From an uncultured Gemmatimonadales bacterium (GTDB taxonomy: Bacteria; Gemmatimonadota; Gemmatimonadetes; Gemmatimonadales; GWC2-71-9), in contig CAWHFW010000002.1 in assembly GCA_963828735.1 (NCBI GenBank), positions 288,001 to 352,000 on the forward strand: a stretch of DNA of 64,000 bases, given 5' to 3'. A model generated the notes under the pieces. That model was not told the DNA's origin. It did not search any database and saw nothing but the letters and a program-made list of their open reading frames with translations. Position 1 is the first letter of the stretch, and each line of letters opens with the position of its first letter. Below are positions 1 to 12,306 of this stretch, in pieces. Made by a program: the position numbers and the translations under genes.

Positions 1-1295
1 AGCAGCTGGTCGCGGGTAAGCGCCACGATCGTGTCGGCCAGGGTGCCGAGTGCCACGACGGGCGCCTGTAGCGACGGCGAGGCGAGGGTCGAAGGGCGGA
101 CGACGTCCTGTCCACCGGGGAGCGCGAGCAGCAGTCCGCGCTGGGTACCGAGCCACACCGTGTCGCCCACGGCAAAGACCGCCAGCACCGGATCGGTGAA
201 TCTGGGCGCGAGCCGCTCCACGTGAAGCGAGTCGTCCACCCGCACGAGGCCTCGGCGCGTGCCCGCCGTGATGCGGCCCTGCCGGGCCATCACGGCGTAG
301 ACCCGGCTGTCGGGCAGGCCGCGATTCTCGTCCAGCAGGTCCACACGCCCGTCCGCGGTCTCGACGCGGGCGAGGCCGCGGTCGGTCGCGGCCCAGAGCG
401 CGGACCCCTGCTCCACCATCTTCCGCACCGCCGCGAACGGCAATCCGAACGCCGGCGGACCCTGGAGCGAGCGGAACTCCTTGAGCTGGGGATCGACGAA
501 GTTGATCGCCGGCTGATCCTGCACCGTTCGGTTGGTGGCGGCCCACAGGCCGTCGGGCGCGTCGAAGAGTGCTCCTACCACCGGCGACGTCAACCCGAAC
601 GACATTCGCTCGGGAAGCGCCGCACCGTCCGGCAGGAACAGCAGGCCCACGCCCGAGGTGCCGAGGTACCAGCCGAGGTTGTCGAACGACCGGGCCGCCG
701 CCGTGAACCGCGCGACCCCTAGGCGCTGGTCCACCAGAATCTGCGATGCGTTCGCCTGCAGCGAGGGAACGCTCCGGAGCACATCGTCGACGCGCGCCGG
801 CGCGACCGGACGGGCGGGTACGCGTCCCGGCGACGGAACCAGGCCGCCGCGCGGGAGAAGCTGCCACCCGACGCGGGTTCGAACGTACAGACCGGGCGTG
901 GGATCGGTGGCGTCGAAGGCGATCGTCTGCACCCCATCGGGCACCTCGCCCTGATCCCAGAGCTGGAGCTCCGGCTGGAAGTGGATCCAGCCCTCGGGTC
1001 GCGCGAGCCAAAGGGAGTTGTCCAGAGGATCGACGAGTGCGCCGAAGACCCGAGCCATGAGCGTGGGGTCGGGTGGATCGTAGGGGCCCTGCCACTGGTG
1101 GAACTGGGGGTTCCAGATGAGCACCTGGCTCGTGGAAGTCGCGTAGACCCGGTCGATCGCGGCGGCGACGGAGGTGATCCGCTTGAACTCACCGATGACG
1201 GTGCGATCCTCGAGCCGCCAGTCGCGGCTGAGCGACTGCGCACGAACGGGAGCGGCCGAGGCGGCGAGGGCAACGACGAGCAGGATGGGACGCAC
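1..1295 (-). CDS. Secreted protein, probable beta-propeller (3' end outside window; absent from ORF track)
   Basis: Manual translation from GTG at 1295: MRPILLVVALAASAAPVRAQ signal peptide, then blade-like motifs (DNSLWLA, GWYLGTSGVGL, DGLWAATNR); appears to run off the window start. Confidence 0.65.
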   Translation of the reverse strand, partial: MRPILLVVALAASAAPVRAQSLSRDWRLEDRTVIGEFKRITSVAAAIDRVYATSTSQVLIWNPQFHQWQGPYDPPDPTLMARVFGALVDPLDNSLWLARPEGWIHFQPELQLWDQGEVPDGVQTIAFDATDPTPGLYVRTRVGWQLLPRGGLVPSPGRVPARPVAPARVDDVLRSVPSLQANASQILVDQRLGVARFTAAARSFDNLGWYLGTSGVGLLFLPDGAALPERMSFGLTSPVVGALFDAPDGLWAATNRTVQDQPAINFVDPQLKEFRSLQGPPAFGLPFAAVRKMVEQGSALWAATDRGLARVETADGRVDLLDENRGLPDSRVYAVMARQGRITAGTRRGLVRVDDSLHVERLAPRFTDPVLAVFAVGDTVWLGTQRGLLLALPGGQDVVRPSTLASPSLQAPVVALGTLADTIVALTRDQL

Positions 1296-1347
1296 CGGTC
1301 GAATCTACTCCTGCTGAGTGGGGTGGGAAACGACGCGTGAGGGACGA

Positions 1348-2901
1348 TCAGACCGTTTGCGGCCTGGCCAGCTCCAGCACGACCGGCGGCCGCGAGAGGG
1401 GCGGCGTCAGCCGTGACAGCTCCCACTCCCGCCAGAGATCGGCCAAAGCGGCGACGACGTCCATCGGACGGAGGGTTCGCGCGGCGGTGCGGCGCGCGGC
1501 CAGATCCGCGCCTCGGCCCAGGGTCTGTGCGCCGAGCGCTGCCGCGACCTCGGGGGCGAGCTTGTGCGCGAGACCGGTGCCGACCAGTCCGCTGAGCACG
1601 TCCCCGCTTCCACCCGTCGCGAGGCCGGGGTTGCCGGCGGCCACGGTGAGGGGTGCCCGGCCCTCGCGCGCGATGACTGTCGGGACGCCCTTGAGGAGCA
1701 CCGTCGTCCCCGACCGCTCGGCGGCCTGAACCGCGGCACTCCAGGGGTCGAGCTCTCGGAGCGGCGCCAGGTCTGGAAAGAGGGTTCGGAATTCCCCCGG
1801 GTGCGGCGTCAGGACGAGGGGCCGCTCCGCCGCCAGCGATCGAAGCTCGTCCGCGGCCCCTTGAAAGGCGACGAGAGCGTCTGCATCGAGGATCGCGGTG
1901 GGGGCCGCGCGCACCAGGGCAGCGACAAGGGCCCTGCGACCGGACTCGCGGCCGAGCCCGGGCCCGATCACCAGCGCGTCGGCGCGCCCGATGAGCTCGA
2001 GCAGCTCCGGTGTCGGAGGCTGGTCCAATGCGTGGGCGAAGGTCTGCACATCGGGCTCGGCCTGCATCAGCGCGGTCACCGTGTCCGGGGGCGCGACGAC
2101 GTGAACCAGACCCGCCCCTGCCGCGAACGCGGCGCGCCCGGCCATGCGTGCTGCACCCGCCATGCCGGCATGCCCGCCGACGATGACGACGCGTCCCCGG
2201 TCACCCTTGTGATCCCGACTCCGAAGGCGGGGCAGCCAGTCCGCGGCGTGCAAGTCGGTGACGAGCGACGGACAGTCGGGATCGGCTGCGGGGTGCCCGA
2301 TGTCGACCACGACGAGCTCGCCCACCTCGTCGCGCGCGAGCAGGTGGCCACGGCGGAGGCCCCCGAACGTGATGGTGAGGTCGGCCCTCGGCGCCCCGTG
2401 GACGACCCCCGACTGGAGATCCACGCCGGTCGGGCCGTCGATCGCCACGATCGGAACGTCGAGGTCGAGGATCCGGTCGAGGAGGGCGGCCATCGGCGGC
2501 CGGGGTGCGCCGCGCGCCCCGGTTCCGAGGAGCGCGTCCACCGCGACGCCGGCGCCCGGCCAAGGGCCGTCGGGCGCCACCTCCCGCACTCCTTCTCGTC
2601 GCGCCTGCGCGGCCATCGCTTCCCGAAGCTCGGCCCCTTGGCCCGGCAGCCCCGTGACCCACACCGGAACCTCGAGCCGGTGCAAGGCCCGCGCGAGCAC
2701 CCAGCCATCGCCCCCGTTATGTCCGGGCCCCGCGGCGATCAGAACGCCGTCGCGAAGCCGGTGCGCGTGGCGCTCCGCGAGCACGGCGCCGGCGGCGCGG
2801 CCGGCGGTTTCCATGAGGGTTGCGAGCGCGATGCCACCCGCAACGGCACGCGCGTCCCACGCAGCGGATTGGTCCGGGGAAAGAACGGGGATGAACCGCA
2901 T
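1348..2901 (-). CDS. nnr: Bifunctional NAD(P)H-hydrate epimerase/dehydratase (YjeF)
   Basis: LMETAG, GPGHNGGDG, DALLGTG, HKGDRG, GPGLG, DADAL, TPHPGEF, LATGGSGDVLSG motifs. Confidence 0.95.
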   Translation of the reverse strand: MRFIPVLSPDQSAAWDARAVAGGIALATLMETAGRAAGAVLAERHAHRLRDGVLIAAGPGHNGGDGWVLARALHRLEVPVWVTGLPGQGAELREAMAAQARREGVREVAPDGPWPGAGVAVDALLGTGARGAPRPPMAALLDRILDLDVPIVAIDGPTGVDLQSGVVHGAPRADLTITFGGLRRGHLLARDEVGELVVVDIGHPAADPDCPSLVTDLHAADWLPRLRSRDHKGDRGRVVIVGGHAGMAGAARMAGRAAFAAGAGLVHVVAPPDTVTALMQAEPDVQTFAHALDQPPTPELLELIGRADALVIGPGLGRESGRRALVAALVRAAPTAILDADALVAFQGAADELRSLAAERPLVLTPHPGEFRTLFPDLAPLRELDPWSAAVQAAERSGTTVLLKGVPTVIAREGRAPLTVAAGNPGLATGGSGDVLSGLVGTGLAHKLAPEVAAALGAQTLGRGADLAARRTAARTLRPMDVVAALADLWREWELSRLTPPLSRPPVVLELARPQTV

Positions 2902-2927
2902 AGCGGAGCGGCCTCCGGGGCCGCGTC

Positions 2928-3122
2928 CTACTTGTAGCTTTGTCCGATCGCTCGGCCGAACGAGATCTCCCCGTTATCGATGCGGAGGTTGAAGCCGCAG
3001 TCGGGGTTGGTGCAGACCCAGGCCTTGTAGGTGATCGGCGCGCCTTCGCGGCCGTAGTCGGAGAGAGGAATCAGCGTGCCTTGCGAGCACTTCTGGCACG
3101 CCGGCCATTCGGTCTTCTCCAT
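2928..3122 (-). CDS. Small zinc-ribbon-like protein, 64 aa
   Basis: MEKTEWPACQKC...WVCTNPDC (CxxC/CxxxxC); G-rich RBS; co-oriented in the operon. Confidence 0.75.
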   Translation of the reverse strand: MEKTEWPACQKCSQGTLIPLSDYGREGAPITYKAWVCTNPDCGFNLRIDNGEISFGRAIGQSYK

Positions 3123-3153
3123 GTGCCCCCCCGTTGTCGAGCCCTGTCCCAGG

Positions 3154-3540
3154 TCAGGCGCCTCGCACGCCGGACCACCGGTACACGTCGCCGAAGGCCT
3201 CGGCGAAGGCGTACACGCCCTCGAAGTCCCCCTCCTGATCACCGGGCTGGGTGACCAGCAGGCCGATCTCGACCAGCGTGAAGACGATGCGGCCGAAGTC
3301 CTCGGTCCGGGTAATGCCCCAGTGGGCGAGCACGTGCTCGGCGAGCAGCCCGAACTGGTCGCGGGCGAAGTCGCGGCAGGCCCAGGCCAGCTCGGCGCCG
3401 CTCACGTGACGTCGGACCTCGAGTCGGGATTGCAGGTACTCGATGGTGGCGAGGACGAAGAGGAACGCGCGCTCGTTGTAGGGAGCGCCTCGCGCGCGGA
3501 TCCGCGCCAGGACATCGTCGGCGAACTGCAGCTCGTTCAC
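3154..3540 (-). CDS. Minf_1886-family (Verrucomicrobia/Planctomycetes-type) uncharacterised protein
   Basis: RHVSGAEL...FGLLAEHVLAHWGITRTEDFGRIVFTLVEIGLL; C-terminal part of track ORF 3154..4890; GTG start. Confidence 0.8.
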   Translation of the reverse strand: MNELQFADDVLARIRARGAPYNERAFLFVLATIEYLQSRLEVRRHVSGAELAWACRDFARDQFGLLAEHVLAHWGITRTEDFGRIVFTLVEIGLLVTQPGDQEGDFEGVYAFAEAFGDVYRWSGVRGA

Positions 3541-3560
3541 GCGGTCGGCGGCTCCGGAGC

Positions 3561-4844
3561 TCAGGCGGTGCGCCGCACGCGGCCGGCCGGCTTGGCGGAC
3601 GCGTACAGCGGGAAGGCGGAGGTCAGCTCCTCGACCTCCGCCTTGACCCGGGCGAGCGTCGCCTCGTCCGGGTGGGTGAGCGCGCGATCGATCAGCTCGG
3701 CGACGCGTACCATCTCGGCGGTTCCCATGCCGCGGGTGGTGAGCGCGGGCGTGCCGAGACGAATGCCGCTGGTGACGAACGGCGACTGCGGGTCGTCGGG
3801 AATCGTGTTCTTGTTCACCGTGATGCCGGCCTGGTCCAGCGTCTTCTCGGCGGCCTTCCCGGTGAGGTTCTTGGGACGCAGATCCACCAGCATGAGGTGC
3901 GTGTCGGTGCCGCCCGACACGATGGCGAAGCCGCGCTCGACCAGCGCTGAGGCCAGGGTCTTGGCGTTGTCCACCACTTCCCGTGCGTAGGCGCGGAAGT
4001 CCGCCGTCAGCGCTTCGCCGAACGCCACGGCCTTGGCGGCGATCACGTGCTCCAGCGGTCCCCCCTGCGTGCCGGGGAACACGGACTTGTCGATCGCCTT
4101 CGCGTGCTCGGCGTTCGACAGGATGAGGCCGGCCCGCGGACCGCGCAGCGTCTTGTGCGTCGTGCTGGTGACGACCTGCGCGTGCGGCACGGGCGACGGA
4201 TGGACGCCCCCAGCCACCAGCCCGGCGAAATGCGCCATATCCACGAGGAAGAAGGCGCCGACCTCGTCCGCGATCGAGCGGAACGCGGCGAAGTCGATGA
4301 TGCGCGCGTACGCGCTGCCGCCGGCGATGATGAGCCGGGGCCGCTCCCGGCGAGCCTGCTCCCGGACGACGTCGTGGTCGATCCGCCCGGTGGCGGGATC
4401 CACCCCGTAGTGGACCGCGCGCCAGACCACGCCGCTGTGATTCACCGCCGCGCCGTGGGACAGATGCCCGCCGTGCGGCAGCGACATCCCCATGATCGTC
4501 TCGCCCGGCTTGATGAGCGCCATGAACGCCGCGAAGTTCGCCTGCGCGCCGGAATGTGGCTGGACGTTGGCGTGGTCCGAGCCGAACAGCTCCTTCAGCC
4601 GATCGATGGCCAGCTGCTCGATCTGGTCCACGACCTCGCACCCGCCGTAGTAGCGCCGGCCCGGATAGCCCTCCGCGTACTTGTTCGTGAGCGGCGTGCC
4701 CATCGCATCGATGACGGCGCGGCTGGCGAAGTTCTCGCTCGCGATCAGCTCCAGACCGTGCTGCTGGCGGCGCAGCTCCTGGTCGATGAGCCGCGCGACC
4801 GCCGGATCGGCGGCGCGAAGCGAGGCGTTGTGGTCGAGACTCAT
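3561..4844 (-). CDS. glyA: Serine hydroxymethyltransferase
   Basis: [36 protein letters not shown]. Confidence 0.98.
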   Translation of the reverse strand: MSLDHNASLRAADPAVARLIDQELRRQQHGLELIASENFASRAVIDAMGTPLTNKYAEGYPGRRYYGGCEVVDQIEQLAIDRLKELFGSDHANVQPHSGAQANFAAFMALIKPGETIMGMSLPHGGHLSHGAAVNHSGVVWRAVHYGVDPATGRIDHDVVREQARRERPRLIIAGGSAYARIIDFAAFRSIADEVGAFFLVDMAHFAGLVAGGVHPSPVPHAQVVTSTTHKTLRGPRAGLILSNAEHAKAIDKSVFPGTQGGPLEHVIAAKAVAFGEALTADFRAYAREVVDNAKTLASALVERGFAIVSGGTDTHLMLVDLRPKNLTGKAAEKTLDQAGITVNKNTIPDDPQSPFVTSGIRLGTPALTTRGMGTAEMVRVAELIDRALTHPDEATLARVKAEVEELTSAFPLYASAKPAGRVRRTA

Positions 4845-5284
4845 CCGTGCTCCTCGTCGATTTTGGCCACTCGGCGGCTGTGCCGCCCACCGGCGAACGC
4901 CGTCTCCAGCCACGTCCTCAGAATCTGCACGCCCTCCTCCTCGCTAACGAAGCGCGCCGGAAGGACCAGGACGTTGGCGTCGTTGTGCTCGCGCGCCAGC
5001 CGGGCGATCTCGGGCGTCCAGGCCACGGCGGCGCGCACCCCCGCGTGGCGGTTGGCCGCGTACGCCATGCCGAGTCCCGTGCCGCAGAGCAGCACTCCCC
5101 GTCGCGCATCCCGTCGTTCGACGCGGCCCGCCACCGCGTGCGCGAAATCGGGATAGTCGACCGACTCGGTGCCGGTCGTGCCCAGGTCCAGTGGCTCATA
5201 GCCCAAGGCCCTGAGCTCCTCGACGAGCCGGGACTTCAGTTCCACGCCCGCGTGGTCGGCGCCGATGGGAATGACTTCAGGCAT
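4841..5284 (-). CDS. rpiB: Ribose-5-phosphate isomerase B
   Basis: [29 protein letters not shown]. Confidence 0.97.
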   Translation of the reverse strand: MPEVIPIGADHAGVELKSRLVEELRALGYEPLDLGTTGTESVDYPDFAHAVAGRVERRDARRGVLLCGTGLGMAYAANRHAGVRAAVAWTPEIARLAREHNDANVLVLPARFVSEEEGVQILRTWLETAFAGGRHSRRVAKIDEEHG

Positions 5285-5406
5285 CCGGTACCTAATGTAT
5301 AAGAATCCAAGCGTTGGGAAGAGGGCGACGTGGGCGGAACGGATCGGGCGGCCGGCGAGATGTCAAGGGCGGGAGGAGCGACGCGATGGGCTCGGTCACT
5401 CGCCCG

Positions 5407-6477
5407 TCACCTCTCCCGCTCCCCCATCCACATCCGGTCGAGGCTGCCGACGGCCGCGATCCGCTCCTCGGCCAGGCGGTCCGCAGCTCGATACGTGGGA
5501 ATCCGCTCGCGCTTGGCGATCTCGAAGATCCGGAGCAGCGTCTCGTAGATCTCGCCCGCCTTCTTGCGCGACCGCTCGTGCGGCCAGCGGTGGAGCTCGC
5601 CGTACACGTTGATCACGCCGCCGCCGTTGATCACGTAGTCCGGGGCGTAGTGCAGGCCGCGCTGCTGCAGCAGGTCCCCGTGGCGGTCCTCGGCCAGCTG
5701 GTTGTTCGCCCCGCCGGCGATGATCTCGACCTTGAGGCGCGCGAGCGTGTCGTCGTTGATCGTGGCGCCGAGCGCGCACGGGGCGTACACATCGGCCGCG
5801 ACGTCGTAGATGGCCTCGGGCGCCACCGCCTCGGCGCCCGTCTCGCTCACCACCCGCTTCACTTTCGCCGGGTCGATGTCCGTGACCACCAGCCGCACGC
5901 CCTCCTCGTGGAGGTACCGGCAGAGATGCGTGGCCACGTTCCCGCAGCCCTGGACCGCCACCCGCTTCCCCTTGAGGCTGTCGCTGCCCCACCGGTCCTT
6001 GGCCGATGCCTTCATGCCCACGTACACGCCGTAGGCCGTGACCGGCGAGGGATCGCCGCTCAGGCCGAGGAGGCCGGCTACATGATCGGTCTCCAGCTTG
6101 ATGTACTCCATGTCGGACGGGCTGGTTCCGATGTCCTCTGCCGTGATGTACCGCCCGCCCAGCGTCCCGACGAAGCGGCCGTGCGCCCGGAACAGCGCCT
6201 CCCGGTCCTGCCGCTTGTTGTCGCCCACGATCACCGACTTGCCGCCGCCGAGGTTGATGCCGGCGACGGCCGACTTGTAGGTCATGCCGCGGGCCAGGCG
6301 CAACGCATCCGTGATCGCCTCGTCGGTGGAGGCATACTGCCAGAAGCGGGTGCCGCCCAGCGCCGGGCCGAGCGTGGTGTCGTGAATGGCGATGATGCCG
6401 AAGTAGCCGCAGCTGGGATCGTGCGACAGCAGCACCTGCTCGTGACCAAGCGCATGCATCGAGGCGAGGATGTCCAT
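5407..6477 (-). CDS. ldh: Leucine (Glu/Leu/Phe/Val) dehydrogenase
   Basis: [46 protein letters not shown]. Confidence 0.92.
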   Translation of the reverse strand: MDILASMHALGHEQVLLSHDPSCGYFGIIAIHDTTLGPALGGTRFWQYASTDEAITDALRLARGMTYKSAVAGINLGGGKSVIVGDNKRQDREALFRAHGRFVGTLGGRYITAEDIGTSPSDMEYIKLETDHVAGLLGLSGDPSPVTAYGVYVGMKASAKDRWGSDSLKGKRVAVQGCGNVATHLCRYLHEEGVRLVVTDIDPAKVKRVVSETGAEAVAPEAIYDVAADVYAPCALGATINDDTLARLKVEIIAGGANNQLAEDRHGDLLQQRGLHYAPDYVINGGGVINVYGELHRWPHERSRKKAGEIYETLLRIFEIAKRERIPTYRAADRLAEERIAAVGSLDRMWMGERER

Positions 6478-6510
6478 CAGGTCTCCGTTGGAGGTCGTGA
6501 GTCGCGCGAC

Positions 6511-7355
<845 letters not shown>

Positions 7356-7359
<4 letters not shown>

Positions 7360-8240
7360 GTGGGCTCCTTTCCGTTCCATCGCGCCACCAGCACCGCGGC
7401 AGCCGCGAGGACGCCGGTGGCGAGGAGGCCGCCTTCGGGCCCGAACGCGCCTCCCGTGAGCCAGGCCGGGCCACCCATGTGGTAGTCGATGTAGGGGATG
7501 TCGAAAGGCAGTCCGCTCACCGGCGCCGCGAGGGTGGCCAGGGTCGCGTTCCAGCCGAGATGGGCGCCGAACGCGGTCCAGATGCCGCCCGCGCTGAAGA
7601 AGCCGAGGGAAAGGAAGATCCCGGCCAGGACGATGTTGAAGATCGCGGCCGAGGTGACGTTGGGGTTCGTGACGTGGGCCATCGCGAAGAGAACCGACAG
7701 GAGAACGATCGCGCGCCCCCGTCCGAGTACCCGCGCGGCGACGACCATCGGAAGCCCCCGAAACATGATTTCCTCAGCCAGGGCCGCCGGCGCAAGGATC
7801 AGCACTGTCTTCCACGCCTGCGAGACCCAGCCGGCGAGCGAGCCCCCGTCGTGGGTCCACCCGGCGCCGGCGGCGAAGACGCCCATGGTCATGGCGACCG
7901 CCGCCGGCAGGATGCCGAGGGCGACCCCGATGCCGAAGCCCCGGAGCCGTGGGAGCCGGGTGCTCCACCGGAGTGCCGCCGCGTCGAGGCCCAGCGCCCG
8001 CACGCCGACGATCCACGTGGCCGCACCGAACGTGAAGAGCAGGATTACGCCCTGACCCAGCGCGAACAGAGGTGTGGGATGGGCCGCGAGCTGGGCCGAA
8101 GTGGCGCCACGCGTGAGAAGGGGCGCGAGCGGCCACACAAGGAGCAAGCTGAGGAGAAAGCCGATGGCGTAGAAGAGAACAATGGCGCCGAGTGCCCGGA
8201 TAACGGGCCGCGAGCGCTTGGCAGGCGTCGGGTCGGTCAA
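7356..8240 (-). CDS. CPBP/Abi family intramembrane glutamic endopeptidase
   Basis: Multiple TM helices; EEIMFRG, FAMAH, HLGWN; TTG start overlaps the bioY stop. Confidence 0.85.
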
Positions 8241-8812
8241 TGGACCCGGCGAGCCGTCGACCGAAGACCCAGGATCAGGGCGGCGGCGAGGCCTACCTTG
8301 AGCAGATCGCCCGTGAAGAACGGCACGAACCCGACGCGGAACGCGGTGGCCGGATCGCCGCCCAGGAGCGCCAGCTGCGCGACGCCACCCGCGTGGATGA
8401 CCACCATGCCGAGCGCGCAGGCGCCGAGCACCCGGAGGACCCCGGTCCCTCTGGCCACGAGCGCGCCGGTCAGAGCGGCGGCGACCGGGAACGCCAGGAG
8501 ATAGCCGCCGGTCGGTCCGAGCAGGTGCACCACGCCGGAGGAGCCGCCGGCGAACACCGGGAAGCCGAGCGCCCCGAGCGCGAGGTACGTCGCAAGCGCC
8601 GCCGCGCCCCCGACTCCGCCGAGCAGTCCGCCGACCGCGAGGACAGCGAGCGGCTGCAGCGTCATGGGGACCGGACTGAACGGCACCGGCACGGCGATCT
8701 GGGCCGCGAGCGCTACGACCGCGGCGCCGATGGCGATGCCCACGAGCCGCCGGCCGAGCCGTGCGCGCGGTTCGGCCGTGGCGATTCCGGTGACTTCTGG
8801 CGCGGCGCCCAT
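8237..8812 (-). CDS. bioY: Biotin transporter BioY
   Basis: [31 protein letters not shown]. Confidence 0.93.
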   Translation of the reverse strand: MGAAPEVTGIATAEPRARLGRRLVGIAIGAAVVALAAQIAVPVPFSPVPMTLQPLAVLAVGGLLGGVGGAAALATYLALGALGFPVFAGGSSGVVHLLGPTGGYLLAFPVAAALTGALVARGTGVLRVLGACALGMVVIHAGGVAQLALLGGDPATAFRVGFVPFFTGDLLKVGLAAALILGLRSTARRVH

Positions 8813-10002
8813 CAGAGCACCTCCACGCTGAGCGCCACGGCATTGCCGCCGCCGAGGCACAGGGTGGCCAGGCCCATCGAGCCCCCGCGATCCCGGAGGG
8901 CGTACAGCAGCGTGGTGAGCACGCGCGCACCACTCGCGCCGATCGGATGTCCGAGCGCCACAGCGCCTCCATTCACGTTGACGCGGTCCCAGTCCCATCG
9001 GAGCTCGCGGCCATCGGCCAGCGCCTGCACCGCGAAGGCCTCGTTGGCCTCGATGAGGTCGTAGCTCTCGATGCTGGTCCCGGTCTTTTCCATCAGGTTT
9101 CGGACCGCGAGCACCGGCGCGAAGAAGATCTCGCGCGGCTCGCCGCCGCCGGTCGCATAGCCGGTGACCTTCGCCATCGGCTTGAGCCCGTGCGCCTTGG
9201 CGTATGCCAGGGAGGCGACTACAAGCGCGCTCGAGCCGTCGTTGAGCCCCGGAGCGTTGCCCGCGGTGACGGTGCCCCCGTCCTTGCGGAAGACGGGCTT
9301 CAGCTTCGCTAGCGTCTGCGGGCTGGTGTCCTTCCGGGGCGACTCATCCGCTGAGATCGACGTGGGTCCGCCCTTCCCCGTCACCTGCACCGGCAGGATC
9401 TCGGCCTTGAACTTCCCCGCCTCCGTTGCGGCGACCGCCTTCCGGTGGCTGTCGTACGCGAACGCGTCCTGATCCTCGCGGCTCACGCCCGCCTTCTCGG
9501 CGGTGTACTCCGCGTACTCGCCCATATGGCAGCAGCCGAAGGAGTCCCAGAGTCCATCGTGAATCATGCCGTCGACCATCGTCTGGTTGCCGGCCTTGAT
9601 GCCGTTCCGCATGCCGTACACGTAGTGCGGCGCGCTCGACATCGCTTCCTGGCCGCCCGCGACGATGACGTCGGCGTCGCCTGCCTTGATCGCCTGCGAG
9701 GCCAGCATCACGGCCTTGAGCCCGGAGCCGCAGACCTTGTTGATCGTAAGCGCGGCGATGGAGGGAGACAGGCCGGCGTGGATCAGGGCCTGACGAGCCG
9801 GCGCCTGTCCGGAGCCACCCTGCACCACCTGCCCCATGATGACCTCGTCGATCACGCCGGCGTCGACCCCGGACCGCGCGACCGCCTCGCGGATGACCAT
9901 CGCGCCGAGCTGCGGCGCGGAAAAGCCGGACAAGCCGCCCAGATAGCGCCCGATGGGCGTACGGACGGCGGACAGGATGACGGGTGTGGTGCTGTCGCTC
10001 AC
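8812..10002 (-). CDS. atoB: Acetyl-CoA C-acetyltransferase (thiolase)
   Basis: [25 protein letters not shown]. Confidence 0.93.
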   Translation of the reverse strand: MSDSTTPVILSAVRTPIGRYLGGLSGFSAPQLGAMVIREAVARSGVDAGVIDEVIMGQVVQGGSGQAPARQALIHAGLSPSIAALTINKVCGSGLKAVMLASQAIKAGDADVIVAGGQEAMSSAPHYVYGMRNGIKAGNQTMVDGMIHDGLWDSFGCCHMGEYAEYTAEKAGVSREDQDAFAYDSHRKAVAATEAGKFKAEILPVQVTGKGGPTSISADESPRKDTSPQTLAKLKPVFRKDGGTVTAGNAPGLNDGSSALVVASLAYAKAHGLKPMAKVTGYATGGGEPREIFFAPVLAVRNLMEKTGTSIESYDLIEANEAFAVQALADGRELRWDWDRVNVNGGAVALGHPIGASGARVLTTLLYALRDRGGSMGLATLCLGGGNAVALSVEVL

Positions 10003-10137
10003 GGGGTACCGCTCCGGTTAGGGGTCGCCTTCGAGGGGCAAGATAATCCGCCCTCGAACCGGCTCCAGTCGCGGGAGAGGCCCACCGGTCGGTCGGGGGC
10101 GACGCCGGTCGCTCCGATCGAGGGGCTTGGGTCTCCG

Positions 10138-12066
10138 CTATGGCACGAGCGCCCGCGTTCGCGCTTCCTCCACGATCCGGGCGAGAAACGCCTCCACGGG
10201 CATGATCTCCTGCTTCTTGCCGGCGCCGCGTACGCGGAGCGCCAGGCTGTCGCTGTCCGCTTCACGCTGCCCGACGACCGCCATGTACGGCACCTTCCAC
10301 ACCTCGCCGTCCCGGATGCGGTAGTTGAGCGTCTCGCTCCGGTCATCGAGATGCGCCCGGACGCCAGCCGCGACGAGCCGATCGGTGAGCCGTCGCGCCG
10401 CCTCGGTCTGGGCGTCCGAGATCGGGATCACCCGGACCTGCTCCGGCGCGAGCCACACCGGAAACGCGCCCGCGAAGTGCTCGATCAGGATCGCGATGAA
10501 CCGCTCGAACGACCCGCTCACCGCCCGGTGGATGACGACGGGCCGATGCTCGGCGTTGTCCTCGCCCACGTAGGTGAGGTCGAACCGCTCGGGCGCGTTG
10601 TAATCGAGCTGGATGGTGCCGAGCTGCCAGCTGCGGCCGATGGAATCCATCACATCGAAGTCGATCTTGGGACCGTAGAACGCGCCGTCGCCGGCCTTGA
10701 GCTCGTACGGCATCCCGGTCGCCTCGAGCGCGCCGCGGAGCGCGCCTTCGGCGCGGTCCCACAGCTCATCGTCGCCGATCCGGGTCTCGGGACGGGTGGC
10801 GAACTTGAGCTTGGCCTCGAGGCCGAACGTGCGGTAGTAGCCCAGGATGAAGTCCATGAGGAACTTCACCTCGTCGACGATTTGGTCGTTGGTCAGAAAG
10901 ACGTGGCAGTCGTCCTGGGCGAATTGCCGCACACGGGTGAGGCCCGAGAGCGCCCCGGTCACCTCGTTCCGGTGGAGCACGTCAAACGTCACATACCGGA
11001 GCGGCAGCTCCCGGTACGAGTGTTTCTTCGCCGAGAACAGCAGATAGTGCGACGGGCAATTCATCGGCTTGAGGGAGGCGTCGTGCTCGCCCGTTTCCTT
11101 GTTCAACACCAGGAACATGTTCTCCCGGTACTTCCCCCAGTGCCCGGACGTCTCCCACAGCATCTTGTTGTAGAGCAGCGGCGTCTTGATCTCGCGAAAC
11201 GCCCGGGCCTGCCGTTCGCGCACGAAGTCCACCAGCAGGTTGTAGAGCGTCGTACCCCGCTCGGTCCAGAAAGGGGCGCCGGGCGCCGAGGGGTGGAAGG
11301 TGAACAGGTCGAGCTCGCGGCCGACGCGACGGTGATCGCGCTTCCGCGCCTCCTCCAGCCGATGGAGGTAGGCGTCGAGGTCCTCCTTCTTGAACCACGC
11401 CGTTCCGTAGATGCGCTGGAGCATTTGGCGGTGCTCGTCGCCTCGCCAGTACGCCCCGGCGCCGTGGAGCAGCTTGAAGTGCTTGAGGCGGCCGGTACGC
11501 GGGATGTGCGGCCCGCGGCACAAGTCCTGAAACGGACCGTCGGTATAGACCGTGATCGTCTCGTCGTCGCGGAGCTCACCGATACGCTCGAGCTTGAGCG
11601 GGTCGTCGGCGAACCGGCGGTTCGCCTCGGCGCGATCCACCACTTCGCGGACGAACGGGTAGTCCTTGGCCGTGACCTCGCTCATCTTGACTTCGATCTT
11701 CTCCAGGTCCTCGGGCGTGAACGGCCGGTCCACCTGGAAGTCGTAGTAGAAGCCGTCCTCGATCGAGGGCCCGAAGCCGATCCCCGCCCCCGGAAAGAGC
11801 TCCCGGACCGCCGTAGCCATGATGTGGGCCGAGCTGTGCCGCAGGAGTTCGAGGGCGTCGGGATCCTTCTCGGTCAGGATGGCGAGGCTGGTATCTCGGT
11901 CGAGCGGACGGTCGAGATCCCACACGGCGCCGTTGACCCGCGCGGCCAACGCCGCGCGCGCGAGCCCCGGCCCGATCGCCTCGGCGACCTGCCGTGACGT
12001 CGTGCCGGCGACCACCTCGCGGACGCTGCCGTCGGGCAGGGTCACCCGGATCGCGGTGTCGCTCAT
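10138..12066 (-). CDS. thrS: Threonine--tRNA ligase
   Basis: TGS domain, RHSSAH, DLCRGPH, KPMNCP, GAFYGPKID. Confidence 0.98.
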   Translation of the reverse strand: MSDTAIRVTLPDGSVREVVAGTTSRQVAEAIGPGLARAALAARVNGAVWDLDRPLDRDTSLAILTEKDPDALELLRHSSAHIMATAVRELFPGAGIGFGPSIEDGFYYDFQVDRPFTPEDLEKIEVKMSEVTAKDYPFVREVVDRAEANRRFADDPLKLERIGELRDDETITVYTDGPFQDLCRGPHIPRTGRLKHFKLLHGAGAYWRGDEHRQMLQRIYGTAWFKKEDLDAYLHRLEEARKRDHRRVGRELDLFTFHPSAPGAPFWTERGTTLYNLLVDFVRERQARAFREIKTPLLYNKMLWETSGHWGKYRENMFLVLNKETGEHDASLKPMNCPSHYLLFSAKKHSYRELPLRYVTFDVLHRNEVTGALSGLTRVRQFAQDDCHVFLTNDQIVDEVKFLMDFILGYYRTFGLEAKLKFATRPETRIGDDELWDRAEGALRGALEATGMPYELKAGDGAFYGPKIDFDVMDSIGRSWQLGTIQLDYNAPERFDLTYVGEDNAEHRPVVIHRAVSGSFERFIAILIEHFAGAFPVWLAPEQVRVIPISDAQTEAARRLTDRLVAAGVRAHLDDRSETLNYRIRDGEVWKVPYMAVVGQREADSDSLALRVRGAGKKQEIMPVEAFLARIVEEARTRALVP

Positions 12067-12214
12067 GGCGCTTCGTGGACCGTCGTGGGGGGGGCCGGCG
12101 GCTCGCTGCCAGGCGCGTAGAGAAGAAGAGGGCGAGGCCCGCCAGGAGCAGCACCCCGACGAGCACCCACCGGCCCAGCTCCAGACCGCGGCCAACCGAC
12201 CGTTCCTGACTCAT
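12063..12214 (-). CDS. Small single-TM protein (~50 aa) with apparent 1-nt deletion
   Basis: MSQERSVGRGLELGRWVLVGVLLLAGLALFF; restoring 1 nt near 12120 gives YAPGSEPPAPPTTVHEAP* with an ATGA overlap on the thrS start. Confidence 0.55.
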
Positions 12215-12306
12215 GCGGACGCCTTCGATGAGGATCGATTCCCTGCGCGTGGTCATCGAAAATGTTAACTTAAACGCATTCTGAATCTTCACGTAGAGGA
12301 CGATTC

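Noticed and set aside
10070..10137. Extended imperfect hairpin after thrS as an ncRNA
   Set aside because: Position fits a terminator or stabiliser; no family motifs.
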